Below, piece after piece: positions 38,880-48,932 of a stretch of DNA of 64,000 nt. Source of the DNA: Granulosicoccus sp. (lineage in GTDB: Bacteria > Pseudomonadota > Gammaproteobacteria > Granulosicoccales > Granulosicoccaceae); assembly GCA_047634635.1 (NCBI GenBank), contig JBLIIE010000003.1, positions 4,810 through 68,809 of the forward strand. Reading direction: 5' to 3'. A program made the position numbers and the translations under genes. The first letter of the stretch is position 1, and every line of letters starts with the position of its first letter. The notes beneath the pieces are model-generated. The model saw nothing but the letters and a program-made list of their open reading frames with translations. It searched no databases and had not been told where the DNA came from.

Positions 38880-41180
38880 TTAATTTCTGACAGCCCCACC
38901 CTCGTGTAGCAAGCCATTAATACGAGCCCGGCTTTCGGGAGTTTTCGCAAGTCTGACAAAAGCCTCCCGCTCACGCCTATACAAATCCTGCTCACTGGCA
39001 GACTGCTCAGATCCATCCTCACTACAAATAATTGACGCAATTTGCATGGCAACTGTCTTATCGTGTGGATAAAAATCTTTTCTGGCAATGCCCTCGTCCA
39101 TGAACACACTCATGCGCTCCAGTATGTCACCACCTGCCAACATGAATTCCGGCACTGGTTTGGCAATGTAATCCTCTGCAAGGTCAGATAGCTCCTTGAT
39201 GGATCGCGTATAGAGTCGATCTCGATTCATTAGCTCAACATCGTTATCAGGTTTGTAGTACTTCAGTCGTTCTGCAGTTTTAGGAGAAGAGGCTGTAGCG
39301 CCGTATCCAAGATTCAGCCAGGCTTTCCAGGCTGCGGTATTCCAGTCACCAGTGGCTTCATACCATCGCAAGTAAGTTTCTTTGACACCACCACCCGATG
39401 GGATTAATCCGACTGAACTTTCCACCAGTCCAACCACACTATTGCTATGCATAACCAAACGATCACAGTGCAATAGCACTTCAAACCCACCACCAAGAGC
39501 TAGTCCCGAAGGTGCTCCTACAACAGGTACGTTGACGTATTTAAGGGCAGCTACAGCTTGTTGAAATCTGGCTAGAAATTGATCCATCCCGTGCCAATCA
39601 GATGCATCAATTTGTGCAAGAAATGCGTTTAGATCGACACCTGCCGAGTAATGTTGGGAATCATTGTGAACCAGAATGCCACGACCCGGATTCTCTGTAG
39701 CCTTGAGAACCATTTCCATTGATTCGTCGGTGAGTGCGTTGGCCTTGGAATGAAATTCAATAAGCCGAAAGTCATCCTCAATAGCATAAACACTGGCTGC
39801 ACGATTTTTATAAAGTGGCTCTAACGTTTGCCTGGCAAGATGGAATCGAACAACGCCTTCAGGCAGATCAATAGGTTGATTAACACCATTAGCATGCTGT
39901 ACTTGAAGCTCACCCGCAACGACTGAATAAAAAGCCTGGTCTCGCCGCAATGCGTCCGGCACATCAGCACCCGTCGCACTTAATAAATTGGCAACAGTCT
40001 CCGCACCGAGCGCATCAATCATCTCGAAAGGACCCCGAAGCCAATTGAACCCTAGCTTCATCGCATCATCAATGTCCTGAGCAGAATCACAAACATCACC
40101 TAACAAGCTTGCTGCGTAACCAAGAACTCTACCCAATACGTTTTGGCAAAACTGGGCTTCTAAATCATCTCCGAGTATCAGCTCTGAGAGCGGCTCCTGT
40201 CGATCGGCGGTTCGTTGCGCAGCAACCAATGCACGCATTGGAAGAGCTTCATTGGCTGGCGCATAACTACCCGCATGAAGTTGCCGCGCTAACCGTTCAC
40301 CACTGTCACCAACTTTATAAAAACCTCCCAGACCTTTGTTTCCAGTTAAGCCTTCTGACACCATCGAATTGATCATGTCACTCTCAGCACCGACAGCATG
40401 AAATGCATCGTCGGGAGGCAGAATGCTGCGCAATGAACGCACAACATCGGACATAAGATCTATGCCTATCAAGTCATATAAACCGAAGACACCTGTTTTG
40501 GGTATGCCCATGGGCCTGCCCATCAAAGCATCAGCAGTCTCCACGGGTAAATTGAGCCTGAGTGCCTCATCAATGCCCACTTGCAACGCAAAAACACCAA
40601 CACGGTTGCCCAGAAAGCCAGGTGTGTCGTTGCAGATCACGACGCCTTTCCCCAGCTCCCGATCATTAAAATCAGCGAGTGTTTGCATAACATCGTCGCG
40701 GGTATTTGTGCCACGGACCAGCTCCAGCAAGCGCATGTAACGAACTGGATTGAAATAGTGTGTAATAGCAAAGCGCTGACGAAAATCCTCAGGCATGGTT
40801 TCCACCAACAAACTGATGGGGATAGTCGACGTATTGGAGGTCACAATGCAATGAGCTGGAACAACATCATTTAGCCGCTGATACAGATCACGCTTAATGT
40901 CCAACCGTTCAACAATAGCCTCGACCACCCAATCAGCATTCGCCAATTTTTCGAAATCGTCGCGAATATTGCCAACCGTGATTAAATCCGCAGCGCTTTT
41001 ATGCATCAACGCGGGGGGATCTGATCGCAAAAGTCGCTGCACAGCAGCTTCGCTGACCGAATTATCAGATTCTTCACCCGGCAGATCCAGCAGCAGAACC
41101 GAATGTCCTGCGTTGGCAATTTGGCCGGCGATGCCAGCGCCCATGGTGCCGGAACCAATAACAGCGATTTGCTTAAACAT
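38880..41180 (-). CDS. 3-hydroxyacyl-CoA dehydrogenase / enoyl-CoA hydratase fusion (FadN-like)
   Basis: GSGTMGAGIA, EAIVE, SNTS, HYFNP.RYM.LLE, DTPGF.GNR; C-terminal crotonase ALGGGFE and VGL..SGGG. Confidence 0.92.
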   Translation of the reverse strand: MFKQIAVIGSGTMGAGIAGQIANAGHSVLLLDLPGEESDNSVSEAAVQRLLRSDPPALMHKSAADLITVGNIRDDFEKLANADWVVEAIVERLDIKRDLYQRLNDVVPAHCIVTSNTSTIPISLLVETMPEDFRQRFAITHYFNPVRYMRLLELVRGTNTRDDVMQTLADFNDRELGKGVVICNDTPGFLGNRVGVFALQVGIDEALRLNLPVETADALMGRPMGIPKTGVFGLYDLIGIDLMSDVVRSLRSILPPDDAFHAVGAESDMINSMVSEGLTGNKGLGGFYKVGDSGERLARQLHAGSYAPANEALPMRALVAAQRTADRQEPLSELILGDDLEAQFCQNVLGRVLGYAASLLGDVCDSAQDIDDAMKLGFNWLRGPFEMIDALGAETVANLLSATGADVPDALRRDQAFYSVVAGELQVQHANGVNQPIDLPEGVVRFHLARQTLEPLYKNRAASVYAIEDDFRLIEFHSKANALTDESMEMVLKATENPGRGILVHNDSQHYSAGVDLNAFLAQIDASDWHGMDQFLARFQQAVAALKYVNVPVVGAPSGLALGGGFEVLLHCDRLVMHSNSVVGLVESSVGLIPSGGGVKETYLRWYEATGDWNTAAWKAWLNLGYGATASSPKTAERLKYYKPDNDVELMNRDRLYTRSIKELSDLAEDYIAKPVPEFMLAGGDILERMSVFMDEGIARKDFYPHDKTVAMQIASIICSEDGSEQSASEQDLYRREREAFVRLAKTPESRARINGLLHEGGAVRN

Positions 41181-41211
41181 GATGTGACAGTCGTCTATTT
41201 GTGTAGGGCGA

Positions 41212-42408
41212 TTATACCGCTGGTATCAAGTCTAACTGTTCAAAATCAAACGGTAGAGTAGATACTCGAGCAGTGGATACAGATCCATCAGCCATCAACA
41301 CCTCTATAGTTTCCTGACTGGCAAACGGCTCCTCAAGCATGGCTGTCGCCAGCTGTACTCGGTATCGAACCGAATAACATTGGGACCCAAGACAGCTTGT
41401 CAAATCACCTTGGCATGTAATGGCTTCTTCAGATGAGTATTTAGAGGCGTTTCGTTCGGCGTCTGAAACAAGGAATGGCCGCTCAGCCAAGGGCTTAGCT
41501 ACCTCTGAGCGTGGAAGAATTATGCCCATCAGACGCCTAGCGGGACCAGCCACCTGTTCAGCTCGCAACGCTTCATGCGAAAGTGAATCTAGATCTTTGT
41601 CGAGTGACACAAAACCACCCAGGCCCGCTTCGAGCACTGAATGCCGTCCATCCATATCATTGCCAAAAGCCAGGAGTCCGTTTTCAATCCGTTCGATGAT
41701 ATTGGGACAACCGGGCCGGACATTCAGATCCTCACCTTTTGCAAATAATTCATCGTACAAAGATTGACCCAAATCGATGTCATCGACATAGATTTCAAAT
41801 CCGCCCTGCTTACTCCAGCCAGAACGCGCCACAATAAACTTATGACCGCGATAGTTCATTCGAACATACCGAAAGAAACGAATATTCTTGACCTCATCTC
41901 CAAAGACGCGAGCCATAAGCTCTTCAGCCAATGGTCCCTGAACCGCCAACGGCCACACATCCGGTTCGTCAATCTGGACATCCAAGTTAGCCCCACGAGC
42001 TAACCCCTTCGCCCAAAGAATCACATCGGAATCTGAAATGGATAACCACCAATGATCATCAGCTAATCGTATGCCAACCGGGTCGTTTATCAATTTGCCT
42101 TTCTCATCAGCCAGTGGCAAGTAGACACAGCGGTCTAGTGCAACGCCTTCGACTGCCCTGGGAGTCATCCATTGAACGAGCCGAGTGGCATCAGGACCCT
42201 TGATACTGACTTGACGCTCAACAGCAACATCCCAAACCTGAACAGCTTCACTCAGATGCCAATAGTCCCGCTCAAAAGAATCAAATTCTGTTGCCAGCAG
42301 CATATGATTGTAAACGGTAAACGCTCTCGCTCCTTTCTCAATTGAGCGAGAGAAAAAAGGCGACTTTCTCAAGCGCCTGGACAATGCTAGATTGGGAGCG
42401 ATATACAT
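41212..42408 (-). CDS. dmdA: DMSP demethylase DmdA (GcvT family)
   Basis: SRRLRKSPF, TVYNHMLL, VQVWDVA.ERQVSI.GPDA, NDPV, LAVQGP, IRFFRY, ARSGWSKQGGFEIY and GCPN.IER.E.GLL..GNDM all match recalled DmdA sequences; the C-terminal domain is more divergent. Confidence 0.8.
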   Translation of the reverse strand: MYIAPNLALSRRLRKSPFFSRSIEKGARAFTVYNHMLLATEFDSFERDYWHLSEAVQVWDVAVERQVSIKGPDATRLVQWMTPRAVEGVALDRCVYLPLADEKGKLINDPVGIRLADDHWWLSISDSDVILWAKGLARGANLDVQIDEPDVWPLAVQGPLAEELMARVFGDEVKNIRFFRYVRMNYRGHKFIVARSGWSKQGGFEIYVDDIDLGQSLYDELFAKGEDLNVRPGCPNIIERIENGLLAFGNDMDGRHSVLEAGLGGFVSLDKDLDSLSHEALRAEQVAGPARRLMGIILPRSEVAKPLAERPFLVSDAERNASKYSSEEAITCQGDLTSCLGSQCYSVRYRVQLATAMLEEPFASQETIEVLMADGSVSTARVSTLPFDFEQLDLIPAV

Positions 42409-42477
42409 AGCTATGCACTTTGGTTAATTCGTGCGCGATGGTAACCAAAGTCGTGAAGGTAAACTATTCCAGACTCG

Positions 42478-43299
42478 TCAGGTTCTTTCCTTTTCGAGAC
42501 TAATTTCCATTTGTGGGAAAGGAATCTCAATTCCCTCATCATCAAATCTCTGTTTTATCTTCTCGTGAAGATCAAAATGAAGGGGCCAGTAATCCAAAGA
42601 TCTGACCCAGGGCCTAACTGCCAGATTGACCGATGAATCAGCGAGCGCTAAAACACCGATCTGGATGGGTTTCTTGGCATCCAACACACGCTCATCGCCT
42701 TCCACAATTTCACGCAATATCTGCTTAACATGTTGTATGTCACTGCTGTAGGCAACACTGATTACCATGTCAAGGCGACGCGAATTCGATGTAGAGTAAT
42801 TGACGATAGCGCCACCCATAATATTAGAATTGGGAACCGTTATAGTTCGCTGATCGGGCGTCACAAGGGTGGTACTGAAAACGGTAATTTTATCAACTGT
42901 GCCTGAAACACCACCTGCTTCAATGTAGTCACCGACTTTGCAAGGCCTGAAGGAAACCAGCAACACACCTGACGCAAAATTCGACAACGATCCTTGCAAC
43001 GCCAATCCGATGGCCAGACCCGCAGCGGCAATGACAGCGACAAATTGTGCAGTTGGGATCCCCAACTGCGTTAGCGCTGCAATAGAAATTAGCAGCAACA
43101 AGACCACGTAAAGAATATTGGTGACGAAACCACCCACTGTGGGGTCAATTTCCCGCTGCTGCATCATTGAGCCAGCAATATTGACCACGCGCCTTGCAAT
43201 CCATTTACCGATAAAAAAAATAGTGAATGCAGCGAGTATTTTCAGCCCGTACTCAACCGCCAACATCGGCCAACTCTCAAAATATTCCAGCCAATTCAT
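42478..43299 (-). CDS. mscS: Small-conductance mechanosensitive channel
   Basis: GLAIGLALQGSLSNFASG, GDYIE, TVPNS, VAYSSDI and IPFPQ. Confidence 0.93.
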   Translation of the reverse strand: MNWLEYFESWPMLAVEYGLKILAAFTIFFIGKWIARRVVNIAGSMMQQREIDPTVGGFVTNILYVVLLLLISIAALTQLGIPTAQFVAVIAAAGLAIGLALQGSLSNFASGVLLVSFRPCKVGDYIEAGGVSGTVDKITVFSTTLVTPDQRTITVPNSNIMGGAIVNYSTSNSRRLDMVISVAYSSDIQHVKQILREIVEGDERVLDAKKPIQIGVLALADSSVNLAVRPWVRSLDYWPLHFDLHEKIKQRFDDEGIEIPFPQMEISLEKERT

Positions 43300-43326
43300 G
43301 GGTACATCACCTCAAACTACAAAACG

Positions 43327-43764
43327 TTAATCCACTACTGTACTCATAGCTACGAAAGTGGATGTGTGAGCCACGAACGGCAAAGCCGAGAGCTTCTCAC
43401 CTAATACTAGTCGAAATGCATTGATATCGGAGGTCCGCACCTTAACCAGGTAGTCAAACGGACCAGCTATAAGATGCATTTGCTCTATTTCTGCAATTTG
43501 CCGGGCCGCATCAGAAAACGAATCTAGCGCCGAGAGCTTGGTGTCTGTAAGCTTCACCTCAACAAACGCGACATGACCCAGGCCAAGTTTCTCACTGTCG
43601 ACTATGGCTTTGTATCCAAGAATATACCCATCGGATTCGAGTTTCTTAACCCGTGCAGCACACGGAGTTTTCGTCAAGCCCACTCTCGAGGCCAACTCTG
43701 TAAGTGTAATTCGGCCTTCAGTCTGTAGGATTGAAATGATGGAACGATCGAATTGGTCGAGCAT
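43327..43764 (-). CDS. Lrp/AsnC-family transcriptional regulator
   Basis: DQFDRSII..LQ.EGRIT..ELA..VGL..TPC..RVKKLE..GYI.GY; G.FDYL.KV. Start ATG 43764. Confidence 0.92.
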   Translation of the reverse strand: MLDQFDRSIISILQTEGRITLTELASRVGLTKTPCAARVKKLESDGYILGYKAIVDSEKLGLGHVAFVEVKLTDTKLSALDSFSDAARQIAEIEQMHLIAGPFDYLVKVRTSDINAFRLVLGEKLSALPFVAHTSTFVAMSTVVD

Positions 43765-43861
43765 GCTGATCCCCGTTGGTACTCCATAGTCAGCATACCT
43801 AATAATCAACATATTTTAGTGCTTCTTAGCGTTACTTAACCAAATACTGGACTAATGGACT

Positions 43862-44797
43862 ATGAATCCGGCAATTGCCACGACAAATCGTATGCTCGTT
43901 ATCGGTGCTGTGCACCTGGATGACATCGCACAACCGGATTGCCCTCTGGTACCCGAAGCATCCAACCCTGTCACCTGGACACAAAGAATTGGCGGGGTGG
44001 CTGCAAACGCAGCCTGCGCGGCAGCTAGAATTCTGAATACCCCTACGAATAATCAAGTAGAAATAGTTGCAGCTGTTGGCGACGATGCTATCGCCTTGCA
44101 GCTAAAGCAAGCGCTTCATACCGCCGGTGTTGGAACACGATTATTTGAATTCCCAGGCGCACACACTGGTCGATACACGGCCATCATGACTAACGATGGT
44201 GAATTGCATATTGGCCTGGCTGACGTGTCTTTGGCCGAGCGTCTGGGAGAGTCCAATGATCACAAGATTGCAGAGTTAGACGCGTATCACGCAGTTTTAG
44301 TAGATGCAAACCTTTCAGAAAGTTACCTCAGGACAATTGCCACACAAACAAACCAGCTAGACGTATTGCTGACCGCAATGAGCGTCTCACCCATAAAGTC
44401 TCTGCGCCTACTTGGCATAGCTAAGCAGATAGACGTGCTATTTTGTAATCGCCGCGAAGCCCTATTCATGAATCCTCAATTACCCGCAAGTGCCAGTCTT
44501 AGCGAGTTAGCTGATGGTCTTTGTCAAGCCGGATTCACACAGCTCGTTCTCACAGACGGAGGCTCGCCACTTCTCGTACAAGACAAAATACAAAGAGTTC
44601 GCCTTAACGTCCCAGACGTGGAATCAACACAGAACGTTAACGGTGCAGGCGACGCCTTGGCAGGCGCCAGCTTCGCAGCCTGGAGCAACGGAATGAACCT
44701 GGTACAGGCAGTCCAGGAAGTTGGCCTTGCACAAGCTGCAATGGTCGTGAAAGGAGATCACACAGCTCTACAGATCAACTCTGCAGTTTCACAATAA
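43862..44797 (+). CDS. psuK: PfkB-family kinase, probable pseudouridine kinase
   Basis: GGVAAN, LFCNRREA and NVNGAGDA PfkB motifs; directly upstream of psuG. Confidence 0.7.
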   Translation: MNPAIATTNRMLVIGAVHLDDIAQPDCPLVPEASNPVTWTQRIGGVAANAACAAARILNTPTNNQVEIVAAVGDDAIALQLKQALHTAGVGTRLFEFPGAHTGRYTAIMTNDGELHIGLADVSLAERLGESNDHKIAELDAYHAVLVDANLSESYLRTIATQTNQLDVLLTAMSVSPIKSLRLLGIAKQIDVLFCNRREALFMNPQLPASASLSELADGLCQAGFTQLVLTDGGSPLLVQDKIQRVRLNVPDVESTQNVNGAGDALAGASFAAWSNGMNLVQAVQEVGLAQAAMVVKGDHTALQINSAVSQ

Positions 44798-44851
44798 TCC
44801 TGTGTAGACTTACCCTTAGCGTTAACTATAACTAGCCCCAGACTTGAACTC

Positions 44852-45769
44852 ATGAACTCATCAATTTTGCATATCAGCCCGGAAATCAAACTGGCTCTAG
44901 ATGAAGGGCGCGGTGTGGTTGCGCTGGAAAGCACCATCATTACACACGGTATGCCGTTCCCTCAAAATCGTGACACCGCGCTACTAGTTGAACATGCCGT
45001 TAGGGCCAGTGGCGCCGTACCCGCCACCATAGCAGTATTGTCCGGGAAAATTGTGGTAGGCCTTGACGATCAACAACTTGAAGAGCTGGCAAAAACGTCC
45101 ACTGCTATGAAACTGTCTCGGGCAGATTTAGCCATGGCAGTATCCACAAAAGCGGTTGGTTCAACCACTGTCGCAGCTACCATGATCATTGCAGCGCTTG
45201 CCGGCATAAGAGTCTTCGCCACAGGCGGCATTGGCGGTGTTCATCAGGGAGCCGAAAACAGCTTTGACATTTCTGCAGATTTACAGGAACTATCGCGTAC
45301 CGCTGTCACGGTAATCTGTGCTGGCGCAAAAGCCATTCTCGACTTGCCCAAAACCCTTGAAGTACTGGAAACGTTAGGAGTTCCAGTGCTGGCCTACCAA
45401 CAGGATGAGCTGCCTGCATTCTGGTCTCGAAATAGCGGATTGCAGGCTCCGTTGCGTGCTGATTCTGTCAGTGATATCGTCGCTTTTATACAGGCTCGCC
45501 AGTTATTGAATATTACAGGTGGCGTCCTGATTGCGAATCCGGTTCCTGTAGAACACGAAATTCCCCGCGAAGAAATGGACACGTTGATCAAACGTGCAAT
45601 CGAAGAATCACATCAGGCAGGTATCACTGGTAAAGAGGTTACTCCATGGCTTCTGGGACGCATCGTTGAACTAAGTGATGGTAGAAGCCTGATCACAAAT
45701 CAGGCCCTGATCACCAACAATGCAAGTCTTTCAGGCGAGCTTGCCAATCAGCTTGCAAATTCATTGTAA
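44852..45769 (+). CDS. psuG: Pseudouridine-5'-phosphate glycosidase
   Basis: VALESTIITHGMP.P.N, KLSRAD, TTVAATM, FATGGIGGVH, DISADL.EL, GKEVTP.LL and N.ALI.NNA. Confidence 0.95.
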   Translation: MNSSILHISPEIKLALDEGRGVVALESTIITHGMPFPQNRDTALLVEHAVRASGAVPATIAVLSGKIVVGLDDQQLEELAKTSTAMKLSRADLAMAVSTKAVGSTTVAATMIIAALAGIRVFATGGIGGVHQGAENSFDISADLQELSRTAVTVICAGAKAILDLPKTLEVLETLGVPVLAYQQDELPAFWSRNSGLQAPLRADSVSDIVAFIQARQLLNITGGVLIANPVPVEHEIPREEMDTLIKRAIEESHQAGITGKEVTPWLLGRIVELSDGRSLITNQALITNNASLSGELANQLANSL

Positions 45770-45799
45770 TGAAAACCAGCGCGGATACATTGGCCTGAC

Positions 45800-46084
45800 G
45801 TATCCGTTTTGCAAGGCAGGACCATAGAATACTTCCGCCTTGCGTTTCCAGGCTGTGTCCAGAGGTGCCGCACCGAAAGAGACATAGCGTATGTCTGCCG
45901 CCTTGAAGTTTATTCAACCCCTTCTGTTCGGCGTACTCCATCAACAGGGCATGCAAACGCTTGCCTGATAGGCATTCCAACTTATCTCAACACCTTGAGC
46001 ATCCACCAAAGCAATTTTTTCTGGGTGTTGCAGAGCCTGAAACTCAACTAGCTGACAAATTCGTTGAATATCAGTAGCCTTCAC
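45800..46084 (-). pseudogene. Remnant of an AMP-dependent acyl-CoA ligase (PimA-like), internally deleted and truncated
   Basis: From GTG 46084: KATDIQRICQLVEFQALQHPEKIALVDAQGVEISWNAYQASV (ANL N-terminus). Then in shifted frames LHALLMEYAEQKGLNKL and ADIRYVSFGAAPLDTAWKRKAEVFYGPALQNGY, which is the region before the A5 motif (NGYG.TE). Confidence 0.75.
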
Positions 46085-46092
46085 TGCAAATG

Positions 46093-46542
46093 CTACTTGG
46101 GCTGCGCTTTATCAGTAAGCCTACGCTTTGGCACACGCTTGAAAACACCCGTTGCCGTGGCAATGATTCTGCCTTGTGCAGTCAGGAGCTGCCCCTCGAC
46201 AAATTTGATCGACATACCACCACCAACTATTCTTCCAGTAGCTGTAAGCACATCACCTTTCTTCGCCGGTGCTAGAAATTGAGTATTAAGTGATACGGTC
46301 ATGAACGGCACCCGGCCTGTTTCATCGGCAGTGAGACTTGCCGTAGCCCCCATCGCATTATCCAATACTGCACTGGCAATGCCACCGTGCAAGGAATCGT
46401 GACGGTTCAGGTGATGATCAGTCACTGTTAGTAAGCAGCGTGCCTTCTTATCATTCTGACTAACATCAAGCACATATCCTAATAGTGTCTGCGCACCCGT
46501 TTCATTGACAATGATGCCATCAGATTGAGTTGGAATCGTCAT
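46093..46542 (-). CDS. PaaI-family thioesterase
   Basis: HLNRHDSLHGGIASAVLDNAMG and TVSLNTQFLAP hotdog-fold motifs. Confidence 0.9.
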   Translation of the reverse strand: MTIPTQSDGIIVNETGAQTLLGYVLDVSQNDKKARCLLTVTDHHLNRHDSLHGGIASAVLDNAMGATASLTADETGRVPFMTVSLNTQFLAPAKKGDVLTATGRIVGGGMSIKFVEGQLLTAQGRIIATATGVFKRVPKRRLTDKAQPK

Positions 46543-46545
46543 GAT

Positions 46546-47682
46546 TTATGCCACTGCCAGATCAATGAAGCGTTCGAGATGATAATTGCAATCGCCAAAC
46601 CGATGATCCATCATGACTAAGCGACGCACCAGGTGCGCGAGTTCATATTCCATGGTGATGCCAATGCCACCGTGCATCTGAATACTTTCTTCAGCCACCA
46701 GCTTTGCGACAGTGCCAATAAGATTTTTGCTTGCACTGACATGTTTTTCACGCATTGCCACATCACTAGCATCAAGATGCCCTGCAAGATTAATCAGTGC
46801 AGATTTTGCCTGCTCAATCTCTATCAGCATATCTGCCATTCGATGCTGCAGTACCTGAAACTTGCCAAGAGGCTGACCAAACTGTGTTCTGACTTTGAGA
46901 TAATTAATGGTCAACTGACTGATACTATCCATCAATCCTACAGCTTCTGCGCATATAGCAAGAGTGGCAGTTGCTTGGACACGCTCAAGTTCAGGGTATG
47001 CGCAGCCTTCACGGCCAAGTAATAACGTCGCAGGGACGCAAACATTATCCAGTAGTATTTCAGCCGCGCGTCCACCAGAACTTAAAGCGTAATAACGCAG
47101 TTCCATACCTTGCATATTCTGAGGTAATAAAAATAGGCTAACACCATCCGTGTCTGCGTCACCACCAGATGTTCTTGCGCTAACAATTATATTATCAGCC
47201 ACCTCTGCATTGACGACGACAGCTTTCTGCCCATTAATCAGGTAATGATCACCCTGACGTTTTGCTGTGGTCTGAACTCGCGACAGTTCATAACGGCTTC
47301 CAGGCTCACTGTGAGCCAACGCCATATGGAGTGTTCCTGCAATGATTGCATCGATTTTTGCAGTCTGCTGATGATCCCCCAGACCGACCAATAAGCCACC
47401 ACCTAGAATAGCTGTATCGAGGAGCGGATCCAATGCACCGACGCGGCCTAACTCTTCGAAGACCAGTGCTATATCAAAACCACTACCACCATAACCACCG
47501 TGCGCTTCTGAAAACAAGGCACCCAGTATTCCTAGATCGGCCAAGGCTGTCCAGATTTCATCAGAGTAACCTTGCGTTGTTTTGCCAAGCTCACTGATCA
47601 CTGTACTCGAATAATGAGACTGCAGAAACCGTCTCAGCGAATCCTGCAGCATCTTTCGTTCATCAGTTAAATCAAAATTCAC
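46546..47682 (-). CDS. Acyl-CoA dehydrogenase, PimD-like subunit
   Basis: ALAHSEP.SRY, YLKVR.QFG.PLGKFQVLQHR.ADM and QMHGGIG.T.EY. Confidence 0.9.
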   Translation of the reverse strand: MNFDLTDERKMLQDSLRRFLQSHYSSTVISELGKTTQGYSDEIWTALADLGILGALFSEAHGGYGGSGFDIALVFEELGRVGALDPLLDTAILGGGLLVGLGDHQQTAKIDAIIAGTLHMALAHSEPGSRYELSRVQTTAKRQGDHYLINGQKAVVVNAEVADNIIVSARTSGGDADTDGVSLFLLPQNMQGMELRYYALSSGGRAAEILLDNVCVPATLLLGREGCAYPELERVQATATLAICAEAVGLMDSISQLTINYLKVRTQFGQPLGKFQVLQHRMADMLIEIEQAKSALINLAGHLDASDVAMREKHVSASKNLIGTVAKLVAEESIQMHGGIGITMEYELAHLVRRLVMMDHRFGDCNYHLERFIDLAVA

Positions 47683-47734
47683 AACATTTCCTCACAAGAA
47701 ATTTGGATAACCAGTTCACGTGCGTTAGTCAACA

Positions 47735-48931
47735 CTACAGTTTCAACAGGGATTTGCTGATTATGCTGCGTTGTATCTCGTTTGATCCACCGTAGATGGA
47801 TAGCTTCCTGTTATTCAAGTAAGTCCCAGTCACTTTCCTCGCGTAGTCGGGTCCGATGGGTAGCTCATTACTCCCAGGCTCTAGTTCTTCTGACATGAAA
47901 GGCATCGCATAGACACCAACAGCTGAGCGAGTCAGAGCGTTTATTTCCTGGCGAATTACTGAACCTTTGATTTTAAGCATGGAACTTTCTGCGCCTGGAG
48001 CCTCACCAGCGTTAGCCGCTGAGATAACGCGTAGGTTGGTCGTAGATATCGCCATAAGATCAATCTCTATACGAGCAATCTGTGCTGCGAAGTGTGGATT
48101 CTCAATCAGCGGTTTTCCTTTGCATTGCTCTACTCGCGCAATGCGCTTAAGACTTTCGAGCCCGGCTACTGCAAACCCAACACCTGCGATATTGGTTCGC
48201 TCATGCGTCAGTAGATACTTTGCGTAAGTCCAACCTTTGTTCTCATCTCCCACCAAATTCTCAATGGGCACCCGAACATTATCAAAAAACACTTCATTCA
48301 CTTCAGGCTCACCATCGATTAGAACAATGGGACGAACGCTCACCCCTTCAGCATTCATATCGATCAACAGAAAGGATATGCCTTCCTGAGGCTTTCCTTC
48401 TGTTGATGTTCTAACCAGACAAAATATTCTATCTGCGTGCTGCCCCATGGTAGTCCAGGTTTTTTGACCATTCACGACGTAATGATCACCATCACGCTCT
48501 GCACGCATTTTCAACGATGCGAGATCAGAGCCTGCTCCAGGCTCCGAATAGCCCTGACACCACCAGTGTTCACCGTTTAGAATTCTGGGTAGGTAGTAGT
48601 CCTTTTGTGCCTTAGAACCGAATGCCTGCAACAGTGGCGCGAGCATGGCCACACCGAATGGCACTATGCGAGGTGCATGCGCACGTGCCATCTCATCTTC
48701 AAAAATATGTCGTTGGACCGCATCCCAAGCAGCACCGCCATACTCTTTGGGCCAACTACCTGCCAACCAACCCTGAGTATTAAGAATGTGATGCCACAGT
48801 TCATAATCAGCCTTAACTAACGATTTTCGTAGTCTGACTTTTTCAGCAAGCGTTGTCGGCAATTTGTCGGCAAGAAATTCCCGAACTTTATCGCGAAATG
48901 CAATCTGCTCTTCCGTGTAATTTAAATTCAT
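47735..48931 (-). CDS. Acyl-CoA dehydrogenase, PimC-like subunit
   Basis: WWCQGYSEPGAGSDLASL, NGQKTWTT, EVNEVFFDNV, YLLTHER and SIYGGSNEIQR. Confidence 0.92.
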   Translation of the reverse strand: MNLNYTEEQIAFRDKVREFLADKLPTTLAEKVRLRKSLVKADYELWHHILNTQGWLAGSWPKEYGGAAWDAVQRHIFEDEMARAHAPRIVPFGVAMLAPLLQAFGSKAQKDYYLPRILNGEHWWCQGYSEPGAGSDLASLKMRAERDGDHYVVNGQKTWTTMGQHADRIFCLVRTSTEGKPQEGISFLLIDMNAEGVSVRPIVLIDGEPEVNEVFFDNVRVPIENLVGDENKGWTYAKYLLTHERTNIAGVGFAVAGLESLKRIARVEQCKGKPLIENPHFAAQIARIEIDLMAISTTNLRVISAANAGEAPGAESSMLKIKGSVIRQEINALTRSAVGVYAMPFMSEELEPGSNELPIGPDYARKVTGTYLNNRKLSIYGGSNEIQRSIISKSLLKL

Positions 48932-48932
48932 A

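Noticed and set aside
45711-45980. 89-aa ORF resembling a GNAT fragment
   Set aside because: Its best segment is better explained as part of the acyl-CoA ligase remnant.
46546-48931. Acyl-CoA dehydrogenases as DmdC of the DMSP pathway
   Set aside because: They are a 398/378-aa PimC/PimD-like pair, whereas DmdC proteins are single chains of roughly 600 aa.
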